Counted from the stretch's first letter, positions 33,345 through 43,896 are shown. The stretch: 64,000 nucleotides of DNA from Candidatus Latescibacterota bacterium (GCA_965205485.1 OZ242180.1:3040001-3104000); one strand, 5' to 3'. Numbers and translations: made by a program. Notes: a model not told the origin generated them from the letters alone.

Positions 33345-33418
33345 ACCCTCTCCTTTCGTGGTATTTCTCCAACGGTGAGATGCGTTCTTTGCCTGACAGG
33401 TGTAGTGAACGCGAGTAC

Positions 33419-34852
33419 TCAGTTTTCCAGGACCCAGAGGTCTTTGCCGCCGCCGCCCTGACTCGAGTTGACGACGATGCTGCCTCGGCGCAATGCAACA
33501 CGACAAAACGCCCCCGGCACCATCCGAGTCTTCCGCCCGTGCAGCACGAATGGGCGCAGGTCGACGTGCCGCGGCTCGAACTTGTCGTCGATAAGACACG
33601 GCGCGCGGGACAGCGGCAGGACCGGCTGCGAAATGTAGTCAGCCGGGTTGGCGCGCAACTGTCTGGCGTATTCTTCCCGTTCGTCCGGCGTGGCGTGGGG
33701 ACCAACCAGCATGCCGTAACCGCCGGACTCTCCAACGCGCTTTACAATCAGGTTCTCGAGATTGTCGAGTGTGTACTCGAGGTGTTCCGGTCTGCGGCAA
33801 AGGTAGGTCTCGACGCTGGCAAGAACGGGCTCTTCGCCAAGGTAGTACCGAATGATATCGGGAACGTAGGCATAGACGCTCTTGTCGTCAGCCACGCCCG
33901 TACCGGGCGCGTTCACCAGGGTCACGTTGCCAAGTTTGTAGGCGTGCATCAGACCCGGCACGCCGAGCAGGGAATCCGCGCGAAAGACGAGGGGGTCGAT
34001 AAAGTCGTCGTCGACGCGCCTGTAAATAATGTCGACCCGCCGGAGGCCGGTGGTCGTGCGCATGTATACAGTCCCCTCGTTCACGAGGAGGTCCCGGCCC
34101 TCCACAAGCGCGGCGCCAATCTCGCGAGCCAGAAACATGTGCTCGTAGAACGCCGAATTGTACACGCCGGGTGTCAGGAGTACGATGCAAGGGTCGGACC
34201 GGCCGCCGGGGGCAAGTTCTACCAGGGTCTGGCGCAACATCCTTCCGTAGTGTTCCACTTCCTGTACCCGCGAGCGCCTGTAGAGGCGCCGCAGACCTGC
34301 CTTCACCGCCTTGCGGTTCGCCACCATATACGATACACCCGAGGGTACGCGCAGGTTGTCTTCAAGAACGAGAAACCCGTCGTTGGTTCGGACGAGATCC
34401 GTCCCGCAGATGGATACCCAGGCGCCATGCGGCGGGGAGGCGCCGCGCATTTCCACCCGGTACTGAGGACAGGTTTTCACCATGTCCGCCGGGATCACGC
34501 CGTCCGCAATAATGCGTTCCTCGTTGTAGATATCCTGGAGAAACCGGTTGAGGGCGCTCAGCCGTTGCGTAAGGCCCCTGACGAGCTGATTCCACTCCGC
34601 GCCGGATAAAACTCTAGGCAGGCAGTCGACGGGTATAATGCGTTCCGTGGCCTCCTCATCGCCGTAAACGGTAAAGGTGATGCCCTCATTCGAAAACGAA
34701 CGTGTCACGCGTTCCTGGATGCTCGAAAGCTCGTCGCTTGAGAGTTCGCCCAGCGCTTCGAATAGCGGGCGGAGATGCTCTCTTGGTGTCCCGTCAGGAA
34801 GGAACATCTCGTCATAGTAAGTCGGATCGAGAGGGTAGGTTTCGAATTCCAT
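33419..34852 (-). CDS. Circularly permuted type 2 ATP-grasp protein (DUF404/407)
   Basis: GITFTVYG, LEDNLRVPSGVSY, NSAFYEH, YRRVDD, GVADDK, SGGYG, RHVDLRPF, VNSSQGGGGKD. Confidence 0.95.
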   Translation of the reverse strand: MEFETYPLDPTYYDEMFLPDGTPREHLRPLFEALGELSSDELSSIQERVTRSFSNEGITFTVYGDEEATERIIPVDCLPRVLSGAEWNQLVRGLTQRLSALNRFLQDIYNEERIIADGVIPADMVKTCPQYRVEMRGASPPHGAWVSICGTDLVRTNDGFLVLEDNLRVPSGVSYMVANRKAVKAGLRRLYRRSRVQEVEHYGRMLRQTLVELAPGGRSDPCIVLLTPGVYNSAFYEHMFLAREIGAALVEGRDLLVNEGTVYMRTTTGLRRVDIIYRRVDDDFIDPLVFRADSLLGVPGLMHAYKLGNVTLVNAPGTGVADDKSVYAYVPDIIRYYLGEEPVLASVETYLCRRPEHLEYTLDNLENLIVKRVGESGGYGMLVGPHATPDEREEYARQLRANPADYISQPVLPLSRAPCLIDDKFEPRHVDLRPFVLHGRKTRMVPGAFCRVALRRGSIVVNSSQGGGGKDLWVLEN

Positions 34853-34941
34853 ATCCAGTGTCTTGATCTACGGACGAGCCGGGCCTGTGAATCCGGTACC
34901 GAAAACAGATGCGGGCATCTCGGCGATGCCCTGGCCGGCGA

Positions 34942-36453
34942 TCAATTCCCCAGCGTTTCGAATCTGCCGTTCCTGACCACCTGCAGGACGGCCGGATACG
35001 TCGGGTCGCCATTCGCATCGAAGGCGAATTGCCCGACAACGGTGGGCAATTCGATGGTCGCCAGCGCATCCCTGACCGGCTCCGACCGCGTTGAGCCCGC
35101 CCCTTTAAGCGCAGCCGCGAGGATCTGCACACAAACATATCCTTCCGCGGCAAAAAGATCGGGTTCGCCACCGAATCTGACGCGGTAATTCTCGATAAAC
35201 GCCCGATTTTCAGGCGTCTCGATTGAATGAGACCAGAACGTCCCCGTAATCAAACCCTCCGCAGCAGGGCCTGCCTGTTCGATCTGGCTTGATGCAAAGC
35301 CGAAAACAAGAAAAGGTATCCCGTAAGGAATTCCCAGCTGGCGGCCCTGTACGGGAATCGCGACCCTCTCCAACGGTCGGGTCCAGACAAGAATGACATC
35401 GGGTTTCAGATTGTCAATTCGCGTCAGTGCGGCGGTAAAATCGGTCTGGCCGGTTGCGAATGCCTCGGCCCCAAGCATCTCGACGCCCAGTTCAGCAAGT
35501 GCCTTCACTGTTTCCACGTAACCGCTCGCAGAAAATACGTCCGTGCTATCGTATATGACGGCAATCCGGTTCAACTGCAGTTCCGATGTTACAACCTCGA
35601 GTGTGCTTTGCGCGATCCGGCTTACCGGGGCCGGGACCCTGAACACGAAGTCGCCGATCGCGCCCAATCCGGCGGCTGCAGCGGTCGGGCTGAAGGCCAC
35701 CACACGGTTTTCCTGGGCGATCGGAAATGCCACGGCAGCTGAGGAAGAGTAACCGGGACCCAGAATAACCGTGACATTGTCCTCGTAAATCAGTTTTTCG
35801 AAGGCCGCTGCCGCGACTTCCGGCGTACTCTCACTGTCTTCAACGATGAATTGAAGTGTCGCCGAGCCGAATTCATACCGGTTGGCCTCGTCTCGCGCGA
35901 GTTCCATCCCGTTTCTTACGATTTGGCCGAGGGGCCCGCCATCGCCGGTAAGTGGCAGAACGACACCGACCCGAATTTCCGCGGGAAGGCCCCCGGACGC
36001 GAGAGTGGACGCGTCGATCACCCTCGCCGTTCCCCCGATCGGCAGGTCGATCGTTACTCGATGTCCCCCGTTGACTGGAATGCTCGACCACGAACCCAAT
36101 GGATTGCCGGCACGCGTGGCGCGTACTCGATAGTAGCCACCTGCATCGGCGATATCCACGCGCGCTCGCCCATACGCATCAGTCGTGTCCGTCCACGCGA
36201 AATTCGGCGACTGTCCGGAAATGGAACGAGCGAACGCGACGGCGACGCCGCCCAACGGCTCGCCGTCTCCGATCACAGTTGCCACCACAACAGCCGTCGC
36301 CGCGTTGTCATCGACCGCGAGTTTTCCCAGCGGCTGTTCAGCCGTTGCCACCCTGTCTGACATCGAGGGCGCGACCGTGCGATCCGTGCCGCAGCCACAG
36401 ATCATACCTGCCACGGACACCAGAAGGAATGCATTGCGAAAACTGATCGTCAT
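34942..36453 (-). CDS. Lipoprotein: ~100-aa N-terminal module plus LivJ-like periplasmic binding domain
   Basis: Lipobox-like MICGC; IRVGVVLPLTG, ILGP..S, GDFVFR, TDF..LT, FDANGD. Confidence 0.8.
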   Translation of the reverse strand: MTISFRNAFLLVSVAGMICGCGTDRTVAPSMSDRVATAEQPLGKLAVDDNAATAVVVATVIGDGEPLGGVAVAFARSISGQSPNFAWTDTTDAYGRARVDIADAGGYYRVRATRAGNPLGSWSSIPVNGGHRVTIDLPIGGTARVIDASTLASGGLPAEIRVGVVLPLTGDGGPLGQIVRNGMELARDEANRYEFGSATLQFIVEDSESTPEVAAAAFEKLIYEDNVTVILGPGYSSSAAVAFPIAQENRVVAFSPTAAAAGLGAIGDFVFRVPAPVSRIAQSTLEVVTSELQLNRIAVIYDSTDVFSASGYVETVKALAELGVEMLGAEAFATGQTDFTAALTRIDNLKPDVILVWTRPLERVAIPVQGRQLGIPYGIPFLVFGFASSQIEQAGPAAEGLITGTFWSHSIETPENRAFIENYRVRFGGEPDLFAAEGYVCVQILAAALKGAGSTRSEPVRDALATIELPTVVGQFAFDANGDPTYPAVLQVVRNGRFETLGN

Positions 36454-36528
36454 TTCGACCTGGCCTCGTCTCCACCCTGAAGCAATGTACAGAAGCGAAA
36501 GAAAGGGTCGTTCGTCACCGCTACGAAT

Positions 36529-38727
36529 TCAGGTCGCTTCCTCATCGGTCATCGGCTCCGGCACCAATGGGGGAGCTTCAAGGGGTATTTCAACAACCAT
36601 TTCGGTAAATTCCCCGGGTTCGGTCTCCACCCGAATACTTCCACCGTGCTCGCGCACGATATCGTTCGAAAGCGCGAGACCCAGCCCCGTGCCCTGGTCG
36701 GTAGGCTTGGTCGTGAAAAAGGGATTGAAAATCTTGTCCACGACGTCGGGCGGAATCCCTTTACCGTTGTCCTTGATGCTGACTTCAAGCTGTTCCGGGC
36801 CGCGGCGGGTCGTAAGCCAAAGTGTGGGCATATACGCCTCGTCGTTGCCCGATTGTACATTCTCGCGTCGTTTTTCGTCGGTCGCGTGGCAGGCATTGCT
36901 GACCATGTTCAGAAACACGCGGCCCAGGTCTTGAGGTACCACCTCGACTTCGCCCACTGTCGGATCCAGACTCTGCTGGATATCGAGTTGGAATTCCGTG
37001 TCGCTCGCCCTTGCGCTGTGGTACGCGAGCCTGGCGTGTTCGTCGAGCAGATTGTTGATGTTTGTGGCCTGTCGCTGGGCCGAACCCCGGCCCATGGACA
37101 GCATATCCTGGACAATTCGGTTGGCGCGCTCGCCGTGTTCCCGGATGCGTGCGAGGTTGTCGTTGAGGTCCTGGCAGATTTCCTGGACGAGCTCGCGCCC
37201 TTCTTCGTCAAGTTCTCCGCCTTCTTCGCTGAGCGTGTCCTGGAGTTCTTCACCAAGTTCCTCCAGAAGCTCCTGGGAGACCTCGGAGAAATTCTTGACA
37301 AAATTCAGCGGGTTTTTGATTTCGTGGGCGACCCCTGCGGTGAGTTCGCCGAGCGCCGCCAGCTTTTCGCGCATCACGATCTGGTCCTGCGCACGTCGGA
37401 GGTCCTCGAGCACGGCCTCCAGTTGCTCGTTTTTCTCCCGCAACTCCTCGGCAAGCTTTTCAACGAGGTTAAGGCGCTGGACTTCGAGGGCATGCCTGCG
37501 GAATACTTCCAGCGCCGCCGCCATATCGGCGACTTCATCGTGCCCGCTGATATCAACCTTGGCTTCCAGGTCCCCATCGGCCATGGCGCGCATCCTGTTC
37601 GACAGGCGTTCGAGCCGGCGAAGCAACACCCGGCCCACAAACAGCCACGCGATGAGTACGGCTCCGCTGATGCTGACCACGTTCAGTCCCAGCAGAACGC
37701 TGCGGCCGGTCCCGATCGCCTGAGTGGATGCCAGAGTGGCCTCCCGCGTGCGTTCACGGGCGGCGCCGACGAGACCCTCTACTTCCGCGCCGAGTTTGAT
37801 TTCAAGTCGCAGGTTGTCCTGGAGAAGGTCACGCTGCCGGTCGGTGAGTTCGAACTCACGAACGATCAGAACGAACCCGCCCTGCTCTCCCAGGCCCAGC
37901 TCGAAGAGCCGATTCAGGTGCGGGGCGATCTGATCGCGCCAGGGCGACGTCCCGAGTGCCGACAGACTCCGTTCAATGCGGCCTGCCGCGGCCTCAAAGC
38001 GCTCCCGCAGCGGCTCGAGCAGGAGTGCGTCGGAAAGGTTGAATGAACTCGACAGGAGTTGCGTCGCGATGGTGGCATCGGCTTTCAGGTCGGCCAGGTG
38101 GCGGTACCGATCGAACTCCTCATTTGAAAAATGCCGCTCGCGGGGTGCGGGCGGCTGGCCTATCGTACGATAGCCTGTCATCGCGTAGAAGAGTTGATCG
38201 TCGATGGCGGGAATCAGCATGCCGAACAATCTGGCACGCAGCTCGGACAGTTCCATGCGAAGCGTTTCGCTGCGTGCGTTTACCTCGAACAACTCGGCGA
38301 CCTCACGCTCGATCGCTTCGATGTTCGACGTGAGTGCGGCGGCAAATTCGTGTATTCTGCCGAAACGCTCCTCGTCTTCCTTCCTGGTGTCCCTTTGCAT
38401 CAGGGCCGCCAACTGTGATTCGAAGGCCCTGCGCTCTTCAGCGATATCCGCCTTGACGCGGGCGAAGTCAGCCACCGTTGCTGCTGAGGTCAGCCGCGGC
38501 GCCGCGGCGACCAGCGTGCCGCTCTGCTGAGCGACCCCGAAGGCAGCCGCCATTTCCGGGACGCTGCCCTCGTTGACGCGGTTCTGGATGTCGCCCACGA
38601 GATCGAAAGAGAGCCACCCGACCAGGCTGGCGACCATGGTGATGGCGACCGCGCCTCCAATTCCCAGATAGAGCTGCGTGGCGATGCGGAAGCGGCCCTT
38701 GAGCAATTGTTTCAGTGTGTCGATCAC
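36529..38727 (-). CDS. Membrane histidine kinase (large helical TorS-like sensor domain, HAMP, HisKA, HATPase)
   Basis: Two TMs, HAMP DEVADMA, EKLAALGELTAGVAHEIKNPL, N box, DNGKG, FFTTK, GTGLGL. Confidence 0.92.
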   Translation of the reverse strand: MIDTLKQLLKGRFRIATQLYLGIGGAVAITMVASLVGWLSFDLVGDIQNRVNEGSVPEMAAAFGVAQQSGTLVAAAPRLTSAATVADFARVKADIAEERRAFESQLAALMQRDTRKEDEERFGRIHEFAAALTSNIEAIEREVAELFEVNARSETLRMELSELRARLFGMLIPAIDDQLFYAMTGYRTIGQPPAPRERHFSNEEFDRYRHLADLKADATIATQLLSSSFNLSDALLLEPLRERFEAAAGRIERSLSALGTSPWRDQIAPHLNRLFELGLGEQGGFVLIVREFELTDRQRDLLQDNLRLEIKLGAEVEGLVGAARERTREATLASTQAIGTGRSVLLGLNVVSISGAVLIAWLFVGRVLLRRLERLSNRMRAMADGDLEAKVDISGHDEVADMAAALEVFRRHALEVQRLNLVEKLAEELREKNEQLEAVLEDLRRAQDQIVMREKLAALGELTAGVAHEIKNPLNFVKNFSEVSQELLEELGEELQDTLSEEGGELDEEGRELVQEICQDLNDNLARIREHGERANRIVQDMLSMGRGSAQRQATNINNLLDEHARLAYHSARASDTEFQLDIQQSLDPTVGEVEVVPQDLGRVFLNMVSNACHATDEKRRENVQSGNDEAYMPTLWLTTRRGPEQLEVSIKDNGKGIPPDVVDKIFNPFFTTKPTDQGTGLGLALSNDIVREHGGSIRVETEPGEFTEMVVEIPLEAPPLVPEPMTDEEAT

Positions 38728-39905
38728 GGCTCCGCTTCCTCGAGGGTATCAATCGGATAATACCGGCCGTCGCGACCGATCATGGTCAGAAATACGGCGT
38801 CCGACCCCTGATTGTCCTTGCTGCCGTATTGCAGTTCGAATCCGTCGATATCGACGACCTTTGTGCTGCGGAGGCTGTTGAGAAAGGATGCCCGTTTGAC
38901 CTCCGCGCCGCAGCGTTGGAGGGCGGCGATGGCGAGGCGGCCGGCCAGGTAACCTTCGAAGGAAACGAACCCCGGTACAGCATCGGGAGCGAAGACAGAC
39001 AGAGCCCGGCGGTAGGCTGACGCGACAGGGAAGTAGTCGTCGGTTGGAAAGGGTACGACCTGTGTGACGTAGACGCCGGCGCCTGCCGGACCAAGCTGTT
39101 TTGCCAAAGCGTTGCTGCCTACGAAGGAGATCGTGATGAAAACGGGGTCCATCCCGATATGCCGCGCCCATGCGATGAATGTCGCGACCGGCTCGTAAGC
39201 GCCCACCAGGATCACCGCTTCGGGGTCGGCCATTCGCAGGTCGAGCAGTGCTGTCTTCACTGCCGTTGTATTGCGCGGATACAGCCCGACGGCCACGGCC
39301 TCCATTCCTCGCCGTTCGAGCGCACGTCGTGCACCGTGATAGCCGGCCCTGCCGAAAGAGTCGTCCTGATACATGACGGCAATTCGTTTGATGCCGAGGT
39401 CGCCGGTCAGGCGCGCGACCATTTCCTCCGTTTCCTGGTTGTACGACGCCCTCAGATTAATCACGATTTTCCAGTTCGGGTCCCGAAGGAACGCCGCGCC
39501 CGTGAATGGTGCGATATACGGAATATCGGCTTCCGCGGCGACCGGGGTGGCTGAACGCGACGTGGGTGTGCCTACGGCGCCGATGAGTGCGAACACCCTG
39601 GCCTCATTGATGAGGTAGAGGGTGTTCGCGATGGCGGCCTCCGGTTCGTACGCGTCATCTCGGGAAACGAGTTCCAACCGACGGCCGTGGACGCCCCCGC
39701 GTCGATTGATCTCGTGAAACGCGGCTTCGATTCCGCGTTTCATGTCGGTTCCGAGCTGCGCGGCGGGGCCACTGAAGGCGGCCGACTGGCCGAAGAGAAT
39801 ACGCTCGTCCGTGACACCGTTCTCGACCTCGTTGCCTTCCGGACTGCTCGAAAGCGCCGCCCAGACGATGAGCAGCGACACCCCCAGACGAAACCTGGAT
39901 CTCAT
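38724..39905 (-). CDS. Periplasmic LivJ-family ligand-binding protein (no ABC permeases nearby)
   Basis: Signal peptide, GQSAAFSGP, GGVHGR, DDAYEP, VGTP, NLRASY, YQDDSFG; overlaps the kinase start. Confidence 0.88.
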   Translation of the reverse strand: MRSRFRLGVSLLIVWAALSSSPEGNEVENGVTDERILFGQSAAFSGPAAQLGTDMKRGIEAAFHEINRRGGVHGRRLELVSRDDAYEPEAAIANTLYLINEARVFALIGAVGTPTSRSATPVAAEADIPYIAPFTGAAFLRDPNWKIVINLRASYNQETEEMVARLTGDLGIKRIAVMYQDDSFGRAGYHGARRALERRGMEAVAVGLYPRNTTAVKTALLDLRMADPEAVILVGAYEPVATFIAWARHIGMDPVFITISFVGSNALAKQLGPAGAGVYVTQVVPFPTDDYFPVASAYRRALSVFAPDAVPGFVSFEGYLAGRLAIAALQRCGAEVKRASFLNSLRSTKVVDIDGFELQYGSKDNQGSDAVFLTMIGRDGRYYPIDTLEEAEP

Positions 39906-40321
39906 TCCGTCCTCCGCTTCACCAGCGTCAGGTGGTTCCGCTCGTTTTCCCGCCTGTAGTGCATCTCGTCCATCATGGTCTGGACCAGGTGAATGCCGAG
40001 CCCCCCGATGGGCCGGTCTTCGAGCGCCGCTTCCACGTCGGGTATGGGCGCGTCCTCCAGGGGATTGAACGGACGGCCGTCGTCGACGATCTCGAGCGTG
40101 ATCGATGCGTCGTCAGAGGTCAATGTGATTTCGAGTTCTCCGGGACCGCCTTCGAAACCATGCCGGACGACGTTATTGCCGAGTTCTTCTATAGCAAGGT
40201 CGATCTGATGAATCAGCGCGGGCGACCAGTTTTCCTGCAGCCCCAGTTCTTCGGCTGCTGCGGCGACGCGTCTCAGTTCATCGAGATCGGCTTCTATGCG
40301 AAAGGATTGTGTGGCGCTCAC
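39902..40321 (-). CDS. RsbW-like anti-sigma factor / Ser kinase
   Basis: LAIEELGNNVVRHG, DDGRPFNP, GGLGIHLV..MMD. Confidence 0.9.
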   Translation of the reverse strand: MSATQSFRIEADLDELRRVAAAAEELGLQENWSPALIHQIDLAIEELGNNVVRHGFEGGPGELEITLTSDDASITLEIVDDGRPFNPLEDAPIPDVEAALEDRPIGGLGIHLVQTMMDEMHYRRENERNHLTLVKRRTE

Positions 40322-41487
40322 GTTTCCGGCCCTTTGTATCGAAACGTAACGCAGGTGATGTCGTCGAATTGGGGGGTTTCACCTACGAAACCTCTTACGG
40401 CGCTGAAAATCGCGTCGTTGGCGTCGCGGGCGTCATGCGGGGGTTTGTCCGTGAAGACATTCTGAAGGCGTTCCATTCCGAACTCTTCTTCAACGTCGTC
40501 TATCGCTTCGGTAACACCGTCCGTGTAAAGAACAACCGTATCACCCGGTGCGAGCGTGACCGAGTTATAACCGTATTCGATGTCCGGCAACATCGCTAGG
40601 GCGACGCCGCCGGTCAGCGGCAGCGCGCTGGCCTTCCCGTCCGCGTTTACGATCAGCGGCGTATTGTGTCCGCCATTGGCGTAGACGAACTGACGGCTGG
40701 CGGGGTCGAATACTGCATAGAACACCGTCACGAACATCGCGGCTTCGTTGTTTTCGTAAAGCGCATTGTTCATTTCGAACAGCACCTCGCCGGGGCTCGT
40801 TGTTCCAATTGCCGCACCCCGCAGCACGGTCCTGCTGGACATCATGAACAGGGCCGCTGGTACGCCCTTGTCGGATACGTCGGCGATAGCGATGCCTATG
40901 CGTCCGCCGTCGAGCCGGATGATGTCGAAGAAGTCGCCGCCGACGTTTCGGGCGGGTTCCATACTTCCGTATGCCTGATAAGACGGATTCTCGGGGAACC
41001 TCGTGGGCAGAATCGACTGCTGCATCTTGCTGGCCACGTCCAGTTCGTTCTGCAGCGCGATCAGCTTGTCCCGCGATTCCAGCGCTTCACGCCATTCGAT
41101 CAGATGGCGCATGGTTCGATCGATGGTCACCTGAAGGTCGGAGAAGTCAATGGGCTTGGTAACGAAGTCGAACGCACCGCGATTCATGGCAATACGGATG
41201 TTTTTCATGTCCCCGTACGCCGATATGATCACGGAACGGATGTTCGGGTCCACCTTGGGTATCTGCTCCAGGAGGGTAAGACCGTCCATCTGGGGCATAT
41301 TGATGTCGGACAGCACCATATCGATGGTGTCATCCTTGTTCAACCGTTCGAGTGCTTCTATGCCGTTCCGCGCAAACACGAAGGTGTAGCGGCCCCTCCG
41401 AATCGGACGTCGCATACGCTGCATCATGAGCGGTTCCAGGTCGGGCTCGTCGTCCACTACAAGGATTTTGTACGGGAGCGCAGACAT
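40318..41487 (-). CDS. Response-regulator receiver fused to SpoIIE/PP2C phosphatase
   Basis: ILVVDDE, SDINMP, FVTKP; VGGDFFD, IADVSDKG, YTDGVTEA, QFDDIT. Confidence 0.93.
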   Translation of the reverse strand: MSALPYKILVVDDEPDLEPLMMQRMRRPIRRGRYTFVFARNGIEALERLNKDDTIDMVLSDINMPQMDGLTLLEQIPKVDPNIRSVIISAYGDMKNIRIAMNRGAFDFVTKPIDFSDLQVTIDRTMRHLIEWREALESRDKLIALQNELDVASKMQQSILPTRFPENPSYQAYGSMEPARNVGGDFFDIIRLDGGRIGIAIADVSDKGVPAALFMMSSRTVLRGAAIGTTSPGEVLFEMNNALYENNEAAMFVTVFYAVFDPASRQFVYANGGHNTPLIVNADGKASALPLTGGVALAMLPDIEYGYNSVTLAPGDTVVLYTDGVTEAIDDVEEEFGMERLQNVFTDKPPHDARDANDAIFSAVRGFVGETPQFDDITCVTFRYKGPET

Positions 41488-41683
41488 TTCGTTATACCCC
41501 AGGATAGGATGGTTTGACTATCTTTTTACTCCCGACGCTGCGCCGTTCGGGCGTCCGGCAGAAAACTGCGCCTGCGGCCTGCCGGGAATCCCTGACTCGA
41601 AAAACTGAATTCGTGGGACGGAAGCAGAAACCCGCAGGAACCGTGACTTACTCCGGCGCTGGTCGACGTATCAATTAACGGTG

Positions 41684-43354
41684 TCAATTCGGCTCTTCCT
41701 TTTCTATCACCTTCAACTCGTCGGCGATCTCATCCATCAGAAGGACGAGGTCGACGACGTCGTGGCTGGTTATGGTACCCAGGAACTCTTCAGAGTCCTT
41801 TTCCAGTACCGGAATGACCGACAGCGAATGCCGCGACATCTGCTGAAGAACGTCTACGATGGGCTCGTCCGGTTCGGCATGCGGCGGCTCAGGTCGCAAC
41901 ACATCCCGGAGAGGCGTTTGCCCCCAGGATCCCATCGGGACGGACGTCAGCCGCGCCGGCGACACGACTCCTGCTACTGCGCCTTCGTCGACCACGACGT
42001 AGTCCTGCTGATCCGGCACGATCCATTCATCGGCAAAGCTCCTGATCGAAAGTGACGCTTCCGGATACGTACGCGAGGGGTCCAGCACGTGGCCGGCCGT
42101 AATGTCGTCGAGGGCGCGGCGCGCGAATGACACAGGTACAACGCTTGGCATCGTCGGGCGGTGGGTCAGGCGGGCTCTGTTGACGGCGGTGGAAATGGCT
42201 TGCGGCATCAGCACGATATAGCCGAACATGGCGAGTACGATCAGCGAGAAAACGTCCTGTCCGATCACGCCGTTTTCCAGCAGGACCAGCAAGAGCGCGA
42301 TTTCGGCGACCCCTTTGGCCATCAGTCCGGCCGCCTGCGCGTAGGGTTTGTCGAGTCGCGCCAGGTAGGCGCCGATGAGGGCGCCCGCAAACTTGCCCGC
42401 CGAAGGAATGGTCAGCACCGCGATAATGGTTGCAAGTGGAAGCGACAGAAAGGAAAAGTCAAGTCGCAAGCCTGCGGAGGCAAAGAAGAGCGGGACGAAC
42501 AGACCCTCCGCCGCGCTTCGAATGCCGGGCATAACGTCGTTGTGCACCTGACGCGGCAGGCCCGAAAGGGCCGCGCCGAAGAGGAGAGCTCCGAGGGACC
42601 CGTGAAGGCCCATTTCTTCGGCCCCGACGACCACCAGAAAAAGGCCGCCGATCAGCAGTCCGAACGATAGCTCGGGGACGTTGAAGATGCGTTTCAGAAA
42701 GAGAATTGTCGGAGGCATGACCCTGGCGGAAAGAATCCACGCGACCACTGCGAACGCCGCGACCTCCGCAATCAGAATGACCACGCCGAAGGCCCCCCAG
42801 AGATGGTCGGGCGCGGCAATGGTGTGTTCGCCGATGCTGAATCCCACAACCAGCAGTGTGATCATCTCGGCAATGATAACGGTGGTGAATATCTCCAGAC
42901 CGAGGGGTTCTTTAAGGTATCCCTTGTCTGCGAGCACCTTCGCTACAAGCCCCAGGCTCGACATGGACAGGATGCCGGCGAGCGCCAGCGCATCCCTGAA
43001 GGGGAGTTTGAGGGCGAATTTCACGCCAAAGAGGTCGGATGTGACCACCATGGCGGCAACCATCGAGATCACGACTGACAGGATAGCGGCATAAAAAAAA
43101 CGCCCCCGGATGGTTGCTACAAAGCCGGGGATGTCTATCTCGTCGAGGCCGACCAGGAAGAAGAGGATGAAGACGCCGATGCCCAGGAAGACCTGAAGTT
43201 TGCTCGTGGGCTCAACGATTCCCGCGACGGGGCCGAGGAGAATCCCGGCCGCCGTGTAGGCGACAATCGAACTCAGGCCAATCCGGTCGAGGAGGCACTC
43301 TAGGAGTTTGGCTACGACAATGAGCAACCCGATCGGCAGCAGGTCTTCGATCAT
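41684..43354 (-). CDS. Cation:proton antiporter (CPA2-like) with C-terminal CBS pair
   Basis: About 12 TMs, FLVGLDE, FVPLFFASAG, KGVAE; CBS-like tail (IPVLE..FLGTIT..DVV). Confidence 0.85.
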   Translation of the reverse strand: MIEDLLPIGLLIVVAKLLECLLDRIGLSSIVAYTAAGILLGPVAGIVEPTSKLQVFLGIGVFILFFLVGLDEIDIPGFVATIRGRFFYAAILSVVISMVAAMVVTSDLFGVKFALKLPFRDALALAGILSMSSLGLVAKVLADKGYLKEPLGLEIFTTVIIAEMITLLVVGFSIGEHTIAAPDHLWGAFGVVILIAEVAAFAVVAWILSARVMPPTILFLKRIFNVPELSFGLLIGGLFLVVVGAEEMGLHGSLGALLFGAALSGLPRQVHNDVMPGIRSAAEGLFVPLFFASAGLRLDFSFLSLPLATIIAVLTIPSAGKFAGALIGAYLARLDKPYAQAAGLMAKGVAEIALLLVLLENGVIGQDVFSLIVLAMFGYIVLMPQAISTAVNRARLTHRPTMPSVVPVSFARRALDDITAGHVLDPSRTYPEASLSIRSFADEWIVPDQQDYVVVDEGAVAGVVSPARLTSVPMGSWGQTPLRDVLRPEPPHAEPDEPIVDVLQQMSRHSLSVIPVLEKDSEEFLGTITSHDVVDLVLLMDEIADELKVIEKEEPN

Positions 43355-43551
43355 GGTCGGCCTTTCAGTTTCTCGGGAGATTCGGGGGGACCGACTGATA
43401 CCGGAACACAACCGATCTCTGGCCGTCAATAATGCCGATGCCCTGAAAGCCTTCCAGAGAACCCGGTATGGTTACGTTGTCATCTCCACCCGTGGTGCCG
43501 CTTCAGCCAACATCGCCTGCTCTCGTGAAGCGGTCCCGGACCAACCCGTAT

Positions 43552-43896
43552 CTATCCTCCAACTGCTGCCAGCGCTTCGGATCTGGAGGCGTAAACCGGA
43601 ATAATCTTATCGAATCCGCTGATCTCGAAGACCTCCCTGATTGGATCAGAGAGCGAGCAGACGACGAATTCCTTGTCCTGCTTTCGAAGCGTCCTGGCGG
43701 TCAGCAGGATGACCCGAAGGCCCGCACTGCTTATGTAGGAAAGGCCTTCGAAATCCACGATCACCGCTTGACCGTCTTCGTGCTGGGTGATTGCGGAATC
43801 GAGCGCTTCCTCGAACTCACGGGCATTGGACCCGTCGACGCGACCCTCAGCTTTCGCGATTAAGGTTCCGTTGTCCCGTTCGGTGTTAACCTCCAT
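43552..43896 (-). CDS. STAS anti-anti-sigma factor (RsbV/SpoIIAA-like)
   Basis: GRVD, YISSAGLRVIL, EVFEISGF. Confidence 0.92.
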   Translation of the reverse strand: MEVNTERDNGTLIAKAEGRVDGSNAREFEEALDSAITQHEDGQAVIVDFEGLSYISSAGLRVILLTARTLRKQDKEFVVCSLSDPIREVFEISGFDKIIPVYASRSEALAAVGG

